From a virus (taxonomy: Duplodnaviria; Caudoviricetes): a DNA stretch of 53,364 bases. The translations under genes were made by a program, and so were the position numbers. The stretch lies in IMG/VR virus record IMGVR_UViG_3300031841_003004, positions 1-53,364 of that record, one strand, 5' to 3'. Every line of letters begins with the position of its first letter. The stretch's first letter is position 1. Shown here piece after piece: positions 29,259 through 39,962 of this stretch. The notes below the pieces were generated by a model. The model did no database searches. It was given only the letters and a program-made list of their open reading frames with translations, and had not been told where the DNA came from.

Positions 29259-31343
29259 TTATCCGATAAAGATGAATTTCACTTGGTCTCCGTTAACCAC
29301 ACCCTGCACTTTTACCTTCCTGGAATTGACACTAACTCCCTGCCTAGACTCAGGAAAAATCATGTTTCCTGGAAGGGGGAGTTGAGATCCAGATCCTTTA
29401 TTGACCACCAATCCAAGGCACATAACTTCATTAGAGTTCAGTTTATGAGTAACCTCTATGGCGGCGTCGGTCGGAGCAGTGTTTGTTCCTACACCGTAAG
29501 TCACCAGATTCGTAGACACCCTTCCGAAGTGTCTTGCGTAAGCTTGACCAGATGGCAATCCGTCAGTGTAAACCTTGTCTCCTGTCTCATCGCTAGAGAC
29601 TGGGGTGATAAGAGTATACGCAGAAGCCAAGTGCTTGATGTTGCTGTCGGCGAGAGCAGGGTCATGAAGCTCGTTTACGCCCGTCGCAGCGTCAGAAATT
29701 GTACCTGCAAGAGCAACAGAAACATCTGTAAGGACAGTCTCAACGACTGCATTCCAAGCGTGGTCGAGGTTGTCTTCTACGTTAGATCCGTCATTAGCAG
29801 CACTTGGGTTTGTGTAGTAGTTGATGAGCTTCCACACACCCCACTTCTGACCAGCAAGGCCAGTAATGTCCTGTCCAGTGCCGTAATCATAGAAGAAGCT
29901 GGGTCTAGAGTGCCATCCCTCGTCTACCACCTGTAAATCAGCACCGCCACCAGCTGGGGAGTACGTAGTCGCACCATGGAAAACCTCGATACCGCTGTCT
30001 GAGGTAAGTGCTGACGTTGCAGTATCAGCTATGTTGTCGTCGTCGTCTCTCAGGATATTAAGAGACAGGAGGTTGTCTGTAAAGGTGGTCGTCTGGGACG
30101 AGGTCTGAACGAAGTCTCCATTTACAGTAAGGTCACCTTGAATCGTAGTGCTTCCCTGAACGGTAAGAACGCCAGTAGTGCCAGACCCAGCGGGACCAAT
30201 GGTTACAGTTCCGTTCGCCGCGCCAGCCAGAACAAGCTGGTTGGCGAGAGAGAGGGTTATATCTCCTTTATCAGCTGTTGTTAGAGGAGTTGCATTATTG
30301 TCTCCGTCAACAAGAATTTGGTTAGCGGTACCAGCGACAGTCTCAGTAACGTTCGGGTAAAGGCTTCCGAAAACGTCGGAGGGCGTCTGAGCGGCTATAA
30401 CACCACTTGCATCAGTGGTAACAACCGTAGCGCCATCGTTGTTCGCCAAAGTCCCCAAAGTGACGGCGCCACTGGTGGTCGTCAGCGTTCCTGATGCAGA
30501 AACGTTCTGCAGAGAGCTTGCGCCAGAAACAGCAAGGGTGGCGGAAGAAAGAGCTCCAGTAGCCGCTACACTGGCTACACCAAGGGCTGCATCTGCAGCA
30601 ACCCTGATGTGCATCGTACCATCAGCATTGTCTACAAAGTTTATGTCTCCAGCTTGTGCGCTAGTACTAGTGGCGTTAGTGAACGCAGTCCTGATATCGT
30701 TGTTGGTCGGGAACTCTATAACAAACCCGTCAGTTCCGTTTCCAGAGACATCACCTATGGCGATGTGAGAAAGTGCTGTTGCGGCATCGACGCCTTCTGG
30801 GAGGTCGGCGGAAGACCCGTCGTAAAAACCTTGGGTTATAGAAAGCCCAGAAAGGTCAGTGGTAGTGCCCCCGACATATTCAGCGAAGTCGGTCCAAGCC
30901 ATAGGGGTGGCCTTGGTACCAGTAACTGTAAACCTATTGGTTATGTTAGAGTCATAGCTTTGAGTGGTGGCGTAGTCAGCGTTACCCGTGTACATAAACA
31001 CTTTAGGGGTAGCGTTGACCGCGTTTATAGCTATGTTTATGTTGGCTCCGTCAGAGTCTACACCAACAAAGTAGTCGGTGCCTTCGACCAAATTAGTAAC
31101 GTCGTCAAGGACGTTAAGGGCGTTACCGTTAGAGACATAGACGAGAGTAGCGTAAGGCTTAAACTTACCCCACAGGTCGAGGTTGAAGTAGTCGGTTCCG
31201 TTGTCAGTATAATCGTCAACGAAGTTCCTGAAGTCAGCCAAAGACCCGACATGGGTCTTAAACGATCCAAATACCTGATCGGAATCTACAAGACCCTTTT
31301 GAGCAGATCCGTGTACTAGGTTTGATCCGAATGAAATTGCCAT
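29259..31343 (-). CDS. Tail fibre/spike protein
   Basis: IQGDLTVNG..TTTFTDNLLSLN..DSGIEV and C-terminal VTHKLNSNEV motifs; Thr/Gly/Asp-rich. Confidence 0.7.
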   Translation of the reverse strand: MAISFGSNLVHGSAQKGLVDSDQVFGSFKTHVGSLADFRNFVDDYTDNGTDYFNLDLWGKFKPYATLVYVSNGNALNVLDDVTNLVEGTDYFVGVDSDGANINIAINAVNATPKVFMYTGNADYATTQSYDSNITNRFTVTGTKATPMAWTDFAEYVGGTTTDLSGLSITQGFYDGSSADLPEGVDAATALSHIAIGDVSGNGTDGFVIEFPTNNDIRTAFTNATSTSAQAGDINFVDNADGTMHIRVAADAALGVASVAATGALSSATLAVSGASSLQNVSASGTLTTTSGAVTLGTLANNDGATVVTTDASGVIAAQTPSDVFGSLYPNVTETVAGTANQILVDGDNNATPLTTADKGDITLSLANQLVLAGAANGTVTIGPAGSGTTGVLTVQGSTTIQGDLTVNGDFVQTSSQTTTFTDNLLSLNILRDDDDNIADTATSALTSDSGIEVFHGATTYSPAGGGADLQVVDEGWHSRPSFFYDYGTGQDITGLAGQKWGVWKLINYYTNPSAANDGSNVEDNLDHAWNAVVETVLTDVSVALAGTISDAATGVNELHDPALADSNIKHLASAYTLITPVSSDETGDKVYTDGLPSGQAYARHFGRVSTNLVTYGVGTNTAPTDAAIEVTHKLNSNEVMCLGLVVNKGSGSQLPLPGNMIFPESRQGVSVNSRKVKVQGVVNGDQVKFIFIG

Positions 31344-31353
31344 GTCTTATTCC

Positions 31354-33312
31354 TTAGTTTGATATAACGAGAGTGGTGTAAGGGAATCCAGTTCCGTCTC
31401 CCGCAGAAGCAGCAGAATACAGTCTATAGTTTACCGTAGTGCTGTTCTTAAAAGAAACTGGTATAGGTGTCGGGGTGCCCGCAGTTACTGGGGCGCCACG
31501 ACCTAGTGTTGTTCCTGGGTCATTGAAGTCACTGAATATGTCAAGTGCTCCGTCGCTGATTCCAGTTATTTCGTCTGCAGTAGAACTTTCTATGGGAAAA
31601 GCTATGTAGATGTACTTTCCGTTAGGTGTAGAAAGACCAGAGATGTTGCCGTCTATTGAGTTTACAGGAGTACCACTTGTAACACTCACTAGAACAGGAT
31701 CGCCTTGCGGATCTTGAGAGAAGTGGTCTGCGCTATCGACATTCTGAAGCATCAAATTCTGAAGTGCCGTAGCAAGATCACCAGAAGGCGTGTTCACTGG
31801 GTTTGTATCTCCATACCCAACAAAAGCGGGGACTTGGAACAAGACTACAGCTATCTCTCCCGTCTTGTCATCACCGCCAACAGTAGCAGACGTTCCGTTG
31901 TCAGTTACAATAATTCTGTACCCAACAGTTGTCAAGTCAACTTCACCAAGCTCCTTACCAGAAACGCTTCCGCCAAAATCTGCAGTGACGTGAGAGTCGT
32001 TAAAAGTATACGTTGCTGAGTTTGTCAACCCGTCGTTTTGAGTAGCTGCCAAAGCAGCTTCTCCAGTACCCCCTACCCCGTGTATCTTCTCATAGCTAGA
32101 AACACTTGTTCCGTCAAGAGAATTGTAAAACCTTTCAATCGATATGCTACTGATGTCGATGCTTGAGTCCTGACTCTTAGCTGAATTAGTAACAGTGAAA
32201 GAGATAGAGCTCTCCACATCACCAAAGACTCTAACAGAGTTGCTAGTAAGGCCACTCACAATGTTACTCGGAGAAGTTCTTGCAACAGTCAGGCTGGTGA
32301 CAGGGGAAGCGTATGCATTCACCTTGTACGAACCCTTAGTGTCGTTTCCTGCCGTCAACGTAATGACTGGCTCGTGATCGGAAGATCCGTCAAGGACGCT
32401 TCCACTTTCAGCCGCTGGGGTCACCTCTACAACATAGTTCTGATACACAGCACCGCTGTTTCCCGTGTACGCAGCTATATCTACATCGCTATCCGTAAAC
32501 TCAACAGTGACATACGGAGACGGGCTGGTTGCGTTGAAGCTGTTCATTGCCTCTATCGCAGTCTGAATGGAGGTAGCTCCAGCTGAGTCGTAGTTTGAAG
32601 AACCCGCATTAAAAATACCCGTCTTGATCCACCCGCTCCCCGCTCCATTTCCTCTAATAGACCCAAGGCTACTCCCGTTTTTCTTCACCTCTATCTTAAA
32701 CACACCCTTGTTTACCACATTCGTATTGGCTCCAGAAAGGGTGTTTCTGTTTCTGTTTCTGACCTGAAAATTTATGGTTGCACTCTGATCCAGCCTTTCA
32801 GCTGTCGAGTACTCGAATATAGAAGCGGCATTGGGGGCGGTACCAGCGAAGTTGATGTCATCATTAGCAAAAACTTGATACTTCGTCAGGGCGTCCCTAA
32901 GAGCGTCCAGAGCTGTCCTTCCCGTCCATGCAAGCTGGTCGCCGTCATCGTACTTACCGAAAGTCCTTCCTTCCCCGATGTTGACGTACAGGTCGGAATC
33001 GAAGATCGGGGTATCACCAACGTTCTTCCAGTAAGCAGAGTTTCCATCAGAGATATCGACAATCTTGGCCGCCTGAACTGGGTCGTCCTGAGCCGTAAAA
33101 ATGTAAACCTTACCACTCGCTTTGTTTACAAGTAGGACACCAGGAAAGACTTTGTTTACCAAAGACGGGTGAATCTGCCCTTCGTTGTCAGGGTCCTCAA
33201 CATCCGTGAGGGCATCAACAAAAATGACACCCTTCGAAGTGTTTTCCGAAAGGTCTATAATCGGATACTGTGCATTTGAACTTCTCAGTTCATCACCGAA
33301 ATAAATTGCCAT
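31354..33312 (-). CDS. Structural (spike/fibre) protein
   Basis: 652-aa beta-rich protein with TFGKY..GD and a C-terminal KYIYIAFP..YRLY domain. Confidence 0.6.
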   Translation of the reverse strand: MAIYFGDELRSSNAQYPIIDLSENTSKGVIFVDALTDVEDPDNEGQIHPSLVNKVFPGVLLVNKASGKVYIFTAQDDPVQAAKIVDISDGNSAYWKNVGDTPIFDSDLYVNIGEGRTFGKYDDGDQLAWTGRTALDALRDALTKYQVFANDDINFAGTAPNAASIFEYSTAERLDQSATINFQVRNRNRNTLSGANTNVVNKGVFKIEVKKNGSSLGSIRGNGAGSGWIKTGIFNAGSSNYDSAGATSIQTAIEAMNSFNATSPSPYVTVEFTDSDVDIAAYTGNSGAVYQNYVVEVTPAAESGSVLDGSSDHEPVITLTAGNDTKGSYKVNAYASPVTSLTVARTSPSNIVSGLTSNSVRVFGDVESSISFTVTNSAKSQDSSIDISSISIERFYNSLDGTSVSSYEKIHGVGGTGEAALAATQNDGLTNSATYTFNDSHVTADFGGSVSGKELGEVDLTTVGYRIIVTDNGTSATVGGDDKTGEIAVVLFQVPAFVGYGDTNPVNTPSGDLATALQNLMLQNVDSADHFSQDPQGDPVLVSVTSGTPVNSIDGNISGLSTPNGKYIYIAFPIESSTADEITGISDGALDIFSDFNDPGTTLGRGAPVTAGTPTPIPVSFKNSTTVNYRLYSAASAGDGTGFPYTTLVISN

Positions 33313-34604
33313 TAGCTGTCTAGTTTAATCTGTAAGTCAATCTTTATCTTCTCATCGAAAGCCCCAGGTATTTTTGACCTGTAATACTTTACTGGTATAT
33401 TGTTTCTAGTATATGGGTTTCCGTTAGAAAATTGATTCCCCAAATATACTATAGAATCGTTTAGAGAGTAAATGCCAGAGCCAGCAGTGGTTGCAGCAAC
33501 CTCGTCTATTACAAATTCATCAGGTATCTCTATGATCAAATACCTGTTTAGATCTGACACAGATTGGGTTCCCCCGCTAGAGAAACTTACGATAACCTCT
33601 TGTTCCTCAGAGGTAAAGTCAGTAAGGACCTCTACGTACTGATCTTGATTGGCGTCAGTCAACAAGACTCCAGTTAAAAGAACTTCATTCTCTGGATCAA
33701 AAACATTAGCTAAATCGCTTAGAACGCTCGATACGTTTGAAGCCTTAGGGTCTTTTGCCACGCTTGTGAAACACCTGATCTTCTTCCCAATGAAGAATTC
33801 AAATTCTCTAGTTCCCACCTCCGATTCCAGAAGCGTGCCGTCATACCATAGGTATTGGGTTCTTATTTTTTTCTTTCCCAAGGTGTTGTACGAAAGAGGG
33901 ATGTTTGTAGTAGTTCCAGCTTGGTTTACATCCACCGTGGTTTGTTCAGGAAATGCACCCCACCCCGATGCTGGCATTACCAGCTGAGGGTTTGCAGTAT
34001 TAAAATCACCATCAGCCGTGGTGTACTGAATAGCAATGCTTGAATTGGGGTACATCAAACCCATATCAGAAGAGGTCAAAAAAACAGAGTCTAGAACCAA
34101 GGGGTCTCCAATTTCAAACTTGTATCCGTGATCCTCGTACTCTACGAACTCCCCTCCTACGATTCTTCCAAAAGACGCACCAGTAACCGCAGGGTTAGGC
34201 TCTAGGTTTACCGTAAGCATATCCCTTATGATGTCCTCTAGATCCGTAAGCTGAGCGTACACTTGACCATCTTCAGCCTCTCCAACAGGGTTGGTTACAG
34301 TAAGCTCCTCAGTCAGGAAGCTATTGCCGTCACCAGACACCCCAGGTTCACCAGGGTCACCCTTAGGTCCCTGATATATGATCGCCTTGAACGGCCTGAC
34401 GATAGGGTTGTTGACTTGTACCTCAGCTCTGCCGATCGGCTTTATCTCGATAGATGCAGCCGAAGTAGACGGGACCTTTACAATCTGGTTTGACTGGGAT
34501 ACATTGACGGTGTTGACCGCTCCGATCGGTGAGGATACGGGAGCGGAAGCGACCCCAGTGACTCTGATTATCGGGGCGTCTTCCGTTACTACCCGTATCG
34601 CCAT
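33312..34604 (-). CDS. Structural protein with short collagen-like segment
   Basis: GPKGDPGEPG. C-terminal RYLIIEIP..YYRS segment resembles the neighbouring gene. Confidence 0.55.
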   Translation of the reverse strand: MAIRVVTEDAPIIRVTGVASAPVSSPIGAVNTVNVSQSNQIVKVPSTSAASIEIKPIGRAEVQVNNPIVRPFKAIIYQGPKGDPGEPGVSGDGNSFLTEELTVTNPVGEAEDGQVYAQLTDLEDIIRDMLTVNLEPNPAVTGASFGRIVGGEFVEYEDHGYKFEIGDPLVLDSVFLTSSDMGLMYPNSSIAIQYTTADGDFNTANPQLVMPASGWGAFPEQTTVDVNQAGTTTNIPLSYNTLGKKKIRTQYLWYDGTLLESEVGTREFEFFIGKKIRCFTSVAKDPKASNVSSVLSDLANVFDPENEVLLTGVLLTDANQDQYVEVLTDFTSEEQEVIVSFSSGGTQSVSDLNRYLIIEIPDEFVIDEVAATTAGSGIYSLNDSIVYLGNQFSNGNPYTRNNIPVKYYRSKIPGAFDEKIKIDLQIKLDS

Positions 34605-34966
34605 CAGATGGTTATGTCGTCATTGATGGTGAACTTACCGTAGAGGTAGGTTTTGACTCCTGACGTTGGGTGCTGGTGTTGCAGGTCGTACACATAAGTC
34701 CCTGGCGTCAACTCCATTCCAGCCGCACTTGCGGATATGGTAAGCTTTGAGCTAGTGTTATCTCCGTCAGACAAAGCAAAAGAAAAGTTAGAGAAAAACG
34801 CGGTGCCCGTGTCGTCAGCAGAAGGTCTAACCTCCATTGTATACAGGCTGCTCGGAGGGTCGTGGGTAGGCATAGTAACACCAAAATCAATACCTAGACT
34901 GAAGGTGTCTCCCCTCCTACAAATTATATCCAGCCTAGATGCTGTGTCAAGATTGACCTGCGCCAT
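34604..34966 (-). CDS. BppU-N-like tail/fibre attachment protein
   Basis: LDIICRRGDTF ... GTYVYDLQ ... YLYGKFTINDDIT pattern. Confidence 0.65.
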   Translation of the reverse strand: MAQVNLDTASRLDIICRRGDTFSLGIDFGVTMPTHDPPSSLYTMEVRPSADDTGTAFFSNFSFALSDGDNTSSKLTISASAAGMELTPGTYVYDLQHQHPTSGVKTYLYGKFTINDDITI

Positions 34967-37421
34967 TTTGTATGATCTTATTTATGATGTCCTGCGGTGA
35001 TTCCTCCTGACCGCTATCAGGCTGTTCTGGGAGCTCTCCCCGTTCCCCTTGTCTTTGTGCTACGAGCTTACTCTGCTCCACAGCTTGCTTCTTGACCCGC
35101 TCGTCCTTCCTGTCCTCCTTCAAGACTTCCAGCTTCTCGCGGAACTCTTCCTCTTCGGTACGGAAACCGAGGGTGGCCTGAGCCTTGATCAACTCAATCT
35201 CTTTCCTGTGCTCGTGCTTCAAGATCTCCATCTGAGACTCCAGCTGAGCCTTCATTTGTTCCATCTGAGCATCGATCTGCGCCTTGGCTTGCATCTCTTG
35301 CATCTTAGCCTGAGAAGCAGCCTGAGTAGATTGAGCTTGCGCTTGCGCTTGCATCTGCACGTTCTGCTGAGCGATCTGCTGATTCATAGCCATACGCTTC
35401 TTACGCCTAACCACAAGTAGCCTCTCAGCTTGGTTGATGTCCTTGAGTTGCCTGATGGCAATGGCGTCCTCGATATCCAGTTCTTTCTGAGCCAGTGACA
35501 CCTGTATGTTCTGTTCGAGATACTGCTTCTCGACGTCCTCCATCTCCTTCACCACCTGCACCCCGAAGTTGTACATAGAGAGAGACTCGAAGGTGTTTAA
35601 CACCCCCATGTTCTCCTTGCCTATCGCGTTTTCGTAGGCCCTGAACAGGATACTGTTCCTGGGGATGACCTGCAAGCACTTTACGATGTCGGAGCAGACC
35701 TTCTTGAACAGCACCATAGAGGAGTTCGTGATATCGTAGATCGCGTTGTTGCCCGCTGCGATAGCTTGCTGCCTAACGCCGACCAACTGCTCACCCTTCG
35801 GTGTCGTCCCGTCCATAGCCTCGTTGATTCCCGTAGCGTCACGGATCATTCTCAGGTAGTGGTTGTACAGGGCGATGAACTCGTTGATGTTCCGTACACT
35901 GTTATTGATCTCCCTGATGGGTGGATTCTGGAACCCGCCTTCAGGGTTTTTGCTCCTGTAGTAGAAGACACCTGTCTGTTCGTAGATGTCATGGAGTTCG
36001 AGCGGTTGGAGCTCCCCGCCTTTGCCGAGCTGAACATTTTCCAGACCCTCGACATCAATGATGATACCATCTGGTTTCGCTTTTGCAATGGCTTGTTGGA
36101 TCTTCAGGTGCGTCAGCTGGAGCTGGTCCGCAAACCCGATGCAGCTGTCCACCATAGACTTGGGGATCATCTCCTCCATATTGGTGGCGACCACAGAGTA
36201 AGACAGGTTGGTCTTGCTCAGGTCGTGCATGTTCTTCGGTATGTTGGTCTTCAGACCGTAGTTGAAGAGCATATCGCACCCCATAATGTAGCTACCACCG
36301 TACACCACGGCGTTATCGAGGGTTCTGACCGAGCGCTTGTAAACGGAGTTGGTCGGGGCCTTGTAGTTTTCACCCTTCTGGTAAAACCCAGTATTTCCGA
36401 ACCTGCTTTCCTTCTCCTCAAAGTACATGGTGTCGACAGAGACGAACTCGAAGTCCAGGACCTCGACCATGTATTCATCATACCCAAACTTGTAGCGCTT
36501 CAAGTAGTCGTCGTACCTGGACTGACCTATTTTGGACTGATCGTACCCGTACTTCTTAGCAGCCTTCTGTGCGATGACTTTGTACTGCTCTTCAGTGAAC
36601 TGATCGCCCGCGATGCGCTTCAGCTCGTATATCGGGATGCGCTTTACGTGACCAGCGTAAACCAAGTCACCGAAGTTCGGGTCTTCGGTATAGCTATGCA
36701 CGAACTCTGCAGGATCGACATAACTGGTTTTGATTCCTTGGTTAGGGTCGTTGTCTCTTTTGACAACTGCCATACCCAGCGTTGCGAGATCATTAACACA
36801 GCGCCTGTAGGTTGAGTCGTTGAAGTCGTTCCACTTCAGGGTCATGTTCGTCGCGATCTGGGCGGCGATTTCTGAAGTCGACTTGATGTTGTTTCCAATG
36901 AAGATCTCGGCCTCTTCTAGCGTCTCTGGAATGCTTTCCATTTCAGAGATGTTGACTCCAGTATCCTTTTGGATCTGATTCAGCTTTTCTCTGTTTGCAA
37001 CCGCCATTTCTATTTTTCGGCGCTCCAGATCTTTTTCGCTTGATGATAGTGGATCGACAGCTTCAAGGTTGGGGTACGGCTCAGAAGACAGGATCTTGTT
37101 GACCACAATCCTCACGAACTTCGGTAGGATAGGGACGGGCGTAAAGTCCATATTCAGAAAACTCCCGTCAGAATTGTTAGGGTCGAGACTAGTCAGGAGC
37201 TGCCTGTAGATACTCGTGTCCTGAGTTCCGTTGGCGTACTTCCTATTACGGTCGAACACTACCCTCCTCTTCTTCATCAGGGAGCTATCTTGCTCCGAGG
37301 TGCCCCACTGCGAAGAGATGGCTTTGGCGTACCTCAATCCGTACTCCTTGCCTTCCTTCGTTTTCCTGGATTCTAGGGGGTCAGGAAAGTTGATACTATT
37401 TTTTCCCTGTTTGCCGTGCAT
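34947..37421 (-). CDS. Portal protein
   Basis: 824 aa next to the terminase. Motifs PVPILPKFV, IRDATGINEAMDGTTP..LVGV and a Gln-rich coiled C-terminus. Confidence 0.85.
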   Translation of the reverse strand: MHGKQGKNSINFPDPLESRKTKEGKEYGLRYAKAISSQWGTSEQDSSLMKKRRVVFDRNRKYANGTQDTSIYRQLLTSLDPNNSDGSFLNMDFTPVPILPKFVRIVVNKILSSEPYPNLEAVDPLSSSEKDLERRKIEMAVANREKLNQIQKDTGVNISEMESIPETLEEAEIFIGNNIKSTSEIAAQIATNMTLKWNDFNDSTYRRCVNDLATLGMAVVKRDNDPNQGIKTSYVDPAEFVHSYTEDPNFGDLVYAGHVKRIPIYELKRIAGDQFTEEQYKVIAQKAAKKYGYDQSKIGQSRYDDYLKRYKFGYDEYMVEVLDFEFVSVDTMYFEEKESRFGNTGFYQKGENYKAPTNSVYKRSVRTLDNAVVYGGSYIMGCDMLFNYGLKTNIPKNMHDLSKTNLSYSVVATNMEEMIPKSMVDSCIGFADQLQLTHLKIQQAIAKAKPDGIIIDVEGLENVQLGKGGELQPLELHDIYEQTGVFYYRSKNPEGGFQNPPIREINNSVRNINEFIALYNHYLRMIRDATGINEAMDGTTPKGEQLVGVRQQAIAAGNNAIYDITNSSMVLFKKVCSDIVKCLQVIPRNSILFRAYENAIGKENMGVLNTFESLSMYNFGVQVVKEMEDVEKQYLEQNIQVSLAQKELDIEDAIAIRQLKDINQAERLLVVRRKKRMAMNQQIAQQNVQMQAQAQAQSTQAASQAKMQEMQAKAQIDAQMEQMKAQLESQMEILKHEHRKEIELIKAQATLGFRTEEEEFREKLEVLKEDRKDERVKKQAVEQSKLVAQRQGERGELPEQPDSGQEESPQDIINKIIQNGAGQS

Positions 37422-37442
37422 CTAACGGCAAATATAGTAAAC

Positions 37443-39554
37443 TCAGCGGTGCCACTCTTTGACTTTACTCTTTCTGAAGAACACCTTGTCGCTCAAATCA
37501 GATTGCTTCTTTTTTTGACTTCCTTTTTGAGCCGCTAAGAGGGCCAATCCAGAGCTAATCGTAAGGTCGTACTTCGTCCTGTTGTTGATTTTATATCCTA
37601 TCCAATCCTCCAGGGTATTGTTGAAATACATATTTCCGAAGTTTGCGGTCTCTGGTTTTACTCCAACGTGGTCGTGGATGTACGCTTCGATTGCGTGGGC
37701 ATGGGCTTGAATGACGTCCTGAGAATTAGACGGGATTCCCTTTGTCCTGACGTTTACCTTGGAGTTCGGGGCCTTCAAGTGGTCTGGCCTATCCAGAACA
37801 TACCCGTCGTAACCTCTTGACTCAAAATACCTTACTATCCCGTACTTATTGTTCTCGATTAAGAGCGGGAAACCATAGTAGAAGGAAGCCATCAAGACGT
37901 CTTCGTAGAAGATGCTGGCAAGGTCAGGTCGAGAAGCATACTCCACAACGAACATGTTGCTTGGCACGTCATCTCTCATATTGAATTTGGTGTACAAGTG
38001 CAGCGCACCCTTAGAGCCTCTTCCATCCAGAGTTTCATCGAGGTCGTAGGAGTCTACACCACCCACTCCGTACTGAGAATTAGGCGGAACTTTTTTTCCT
38101 CTAACTTCCGCGACTTGATTTCTCATTTCTACGGGTGGCTGCCATGCCACATGGAATCTGCCCCTGGGGTCTGGAGAGAACATTACCTCCTTGTCCTTCT
38201 CCTTCCAAATGAAGTTCCCCCTGACGACTGGGTTCGGGTAGAGGTTATTGTTCCAGTCTATCTGCTGGTAAATCTTACCAATGTTAAATATGCTTCCCTC
38301 TATACTATCTCGAAAGGCTTCGTCTTCGGTTAGCGGGAACTGCCTAATGACCTCGTTCAGCTCTGACGGGTCGTGCTTGAGGCTGTCTCGCTCGTTCTTC
38401 AGGTAGGTCTTACTACCCTGATCAATCATCTCCCCGTCTACGCCTTCTATCTCAGCATCAGGATCATCCACAACAGGATTCCCGTAAAGATCAAAGAACC
38501 CCTCAAGAGCGTGATCAGCAGGTATAAAAATACGGTAAAGGCCGCTCCTGGTCCTTCCGTTGGCATTCCTTTCAGCAGGGTCTGAATCTTCCCAGAGGTT
38601 CTTGTACTCTTCACCGCCTTTGTCCATTGGATTTACGGTGGAGCCCACCAGGGCCTTTCCGATTACTTTCTTACCAACGATGAGACAAGTTCGCTCAATA
38701 CGCCAAGCCTCCCTGATGTCGACTGGCTTCTCCCACTTTCCAGCCTCGTCGAGGTAGAGCATGTGTAGCTTCTCTCCGTCATAGGCATTGTTGGTGGTGT
38801 TTTTCCAGTTGATGATTGTGTTGAGGGCGTCACCCTTTTGTGACGTCTTATTCTTCTTGGTGATTCGTTTCGATGGTTCCCGAAAAGCGAGTTCCATACG
38901 TGGGTTCGTCGTTCCATCCTGTATAGGTTTAAAGAAGAAGGGGTAGGCCTTAAACATTGGCACTACTTTCTTCATGAATATGTTCTCCTGCGAATCTTTA
39001 CCAGTCTTGGACTGGATTCCGAGGAGCTTGTCTTTTACTTGCGTAGCCTCGTCAACAAGTACAGCGGCACAGATATTAGTATAGCCAGAACGGCGACACT
39101 TAGTATATAGCTGACCGATACAACGGGGATCAGCTTCGCACGCAGCCATGTGAAGAAAGATCTCACGTTGGAACGCAAGATACGAAGGATATCCGATATC
39201 GATCTTGCTCCACTGCAGGAACATATAGTGCCTCCCCGTAATGTACGTAGGCACACCATTATTGTAAAACCAAACACCGTTACGCCTCCGCTCAAACTCC
39301 TGCTCGATGTAAGGAGAAAAGGAACGTCGAAACTCGGCTGGCTTCTCGAACCACTCATCCATACTTCTAACCCTCGACAGTTCCTGTGGCACATCGGCGC
39401 GGCGCCACATCTGCATTCTTTTAGGTAGGTCGTGGAATAGAATGTCTGATTTCTTTGGAACTTTCGGAAGAGCAATGTTAAGACCGTGGATCGAAACGAT
39501 CTCACCAATGTCACGTCCGCTGTCCAGCCGAATAACGTCATCGGACTTGTCCAT
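37443..39554 (-). CDS. terL: Terminase large subunit
   Basis: YITGRHY, Walker A-like KCRRSGYT, Walker B LYLDEAGKW, GSTVN, and nuclease motifs GVDSYD and LIENNK. Confidence 0.9.
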   Translation of the reverse strand: MDKSDDVIRLDSGRDIGEIVSIHGLNIALPKVPKKSDILFHDLPKRMQMWRRADVPQELSRVRSMDEWFEKPAEFRRSFSPYIEQEFERRRNGVWFYNNGVPTYITGRHYMFLQWSKIDIGYPSYLAFQREIFLHMAACEADPRCIGQLYTKCRRSGYTNICAAVLVDEATQVKDKLLGIQSKTGKDSQENIFMKKVVPMFKAYPFFFKPIQDGTTNPRMELAFREPSKRITKKNKTSQKGDALNTIINWKNTTNNAYDGEKLHMLYLDEAGKWEKPVDIREAWRIERTCLIVGKKVIGKALVGSTVNPMDKGGEEYKNLWEDSDPAERNANGRTRSGLYRIFIPADHALEGFFDLYGNPVVDDPDAEIEGVDGEMIDQGSKTYLKNERDSLKHDPSELNEVIRQFPLTEDEAFRDSIEGSIFNIGKIYQQIDWNNNLYPNPVVRGNFIWKEKDKEVMFSPDPRGRFHVAWQPPVEMRNQVAEVRGKKVPPNSQYGVGGVDSYDLDETLDGRGSKGALHLYTKFNMRDDVPSNMFVVEYASRPDLASIFYEDVLMASFYYGFPLLIENNKYGIVRYFESRGYDGYVLDRPDHLKAPNSKVNVRTKGIPSNSQDVIQAHAHAIEAYIHDHVGVKPETANFGNMYFNNTLEDWIGYKINNRTKYDLTISSGLALLAAQKGSQKKKQSDLSDKVFFRKSKVKEWHR

Positions 39555-39720
39555 ACCGATTGCTTTTGAATGACGGAACGCCGACCTTTTTATCAGCCAA
39601 CTCCATGTACTTTCCGCACTCGCATTTTACGTCGTGCTGGACCTTACCGTCGATAACCTTGATGGATACGCTCCCACTGTGTTCTGCGGTCTTGCCGCAT
39701 TCGCATTTGTACTTGCTCAT
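39538..39720 (-). CDS. Small zinc-ribbon protein
   Basis: Two KCECGK motifs. True start MSKYK at 39720; the longer ORF-track start lies inside the tRNA. Confidence 0.65.
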   Translation of the reverse strand: MSKYKCECGKTAEHSGSVSIKVIDGKVQHDVKCECGKYMELADKKVGVPSFKSNRYGQVR

Positions 39721-39733
39721 GATAAATGAATTG

Positions 39734-39807
39734 CACCCCCGCCAGGATTCGAACCTGGGACCCACAGCTTAGAAGGCTGTTGCTCTATCCAGCTGAGCTA
39801 CGAGGGC
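39734..39807 (-). tRNA. trnR: tRNA-Arg (anticodon UCU)
   Basis: GCCCTCG TA GCTCAGCTGGATAGAGC A ACAGC CTTCTAA GCTGT ... CCAGG TTCGAAT CCTGG CGGGGGT G folds into a full cloverleaf. No encoded CCA. Confidence 0.92.
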
Positions 39808-39813
39808 GTAGGG

Positions 39814-39945
39814 TTACCTCCCTTGACCCCTGTAGGCCTTGGTGTAGTTTTTAGAGCCCTTCAGCTTCGACGTTTTCGTCTTGGCGTGGATTCCAGGTCT
39901 GTTGACCTTGTTTTTCTGGTTGTAGGTGCTGACTTGTTTTGCCAT
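39814..39945 (-). CDS. Small basic protein (43 aa, YRGQGR C-terminus)
   Basis: Hand translation MAKQVSTYNQKNKVNRPGIHAKTKTSKLKGSKNYTKAYRGQGR, with an AT-rich leader. Below the ORF-track cutoff. Confidence 0.65.
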   Translation of the reverse strand: MAKQVSTYNQKNKVNRPGIHAKTKTSKLKGSKNYTKAYRGQGR

Positions 39946-39962
39946 AGTGTTGAATTAAAATG

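Noticed and set aside
24494-34604. Diversity-generating retroelement acting on fibre genes
   Set aside because: No reverse transcriptase was seen. The repeats differ at synonymous sites rather than specifically at adenines.
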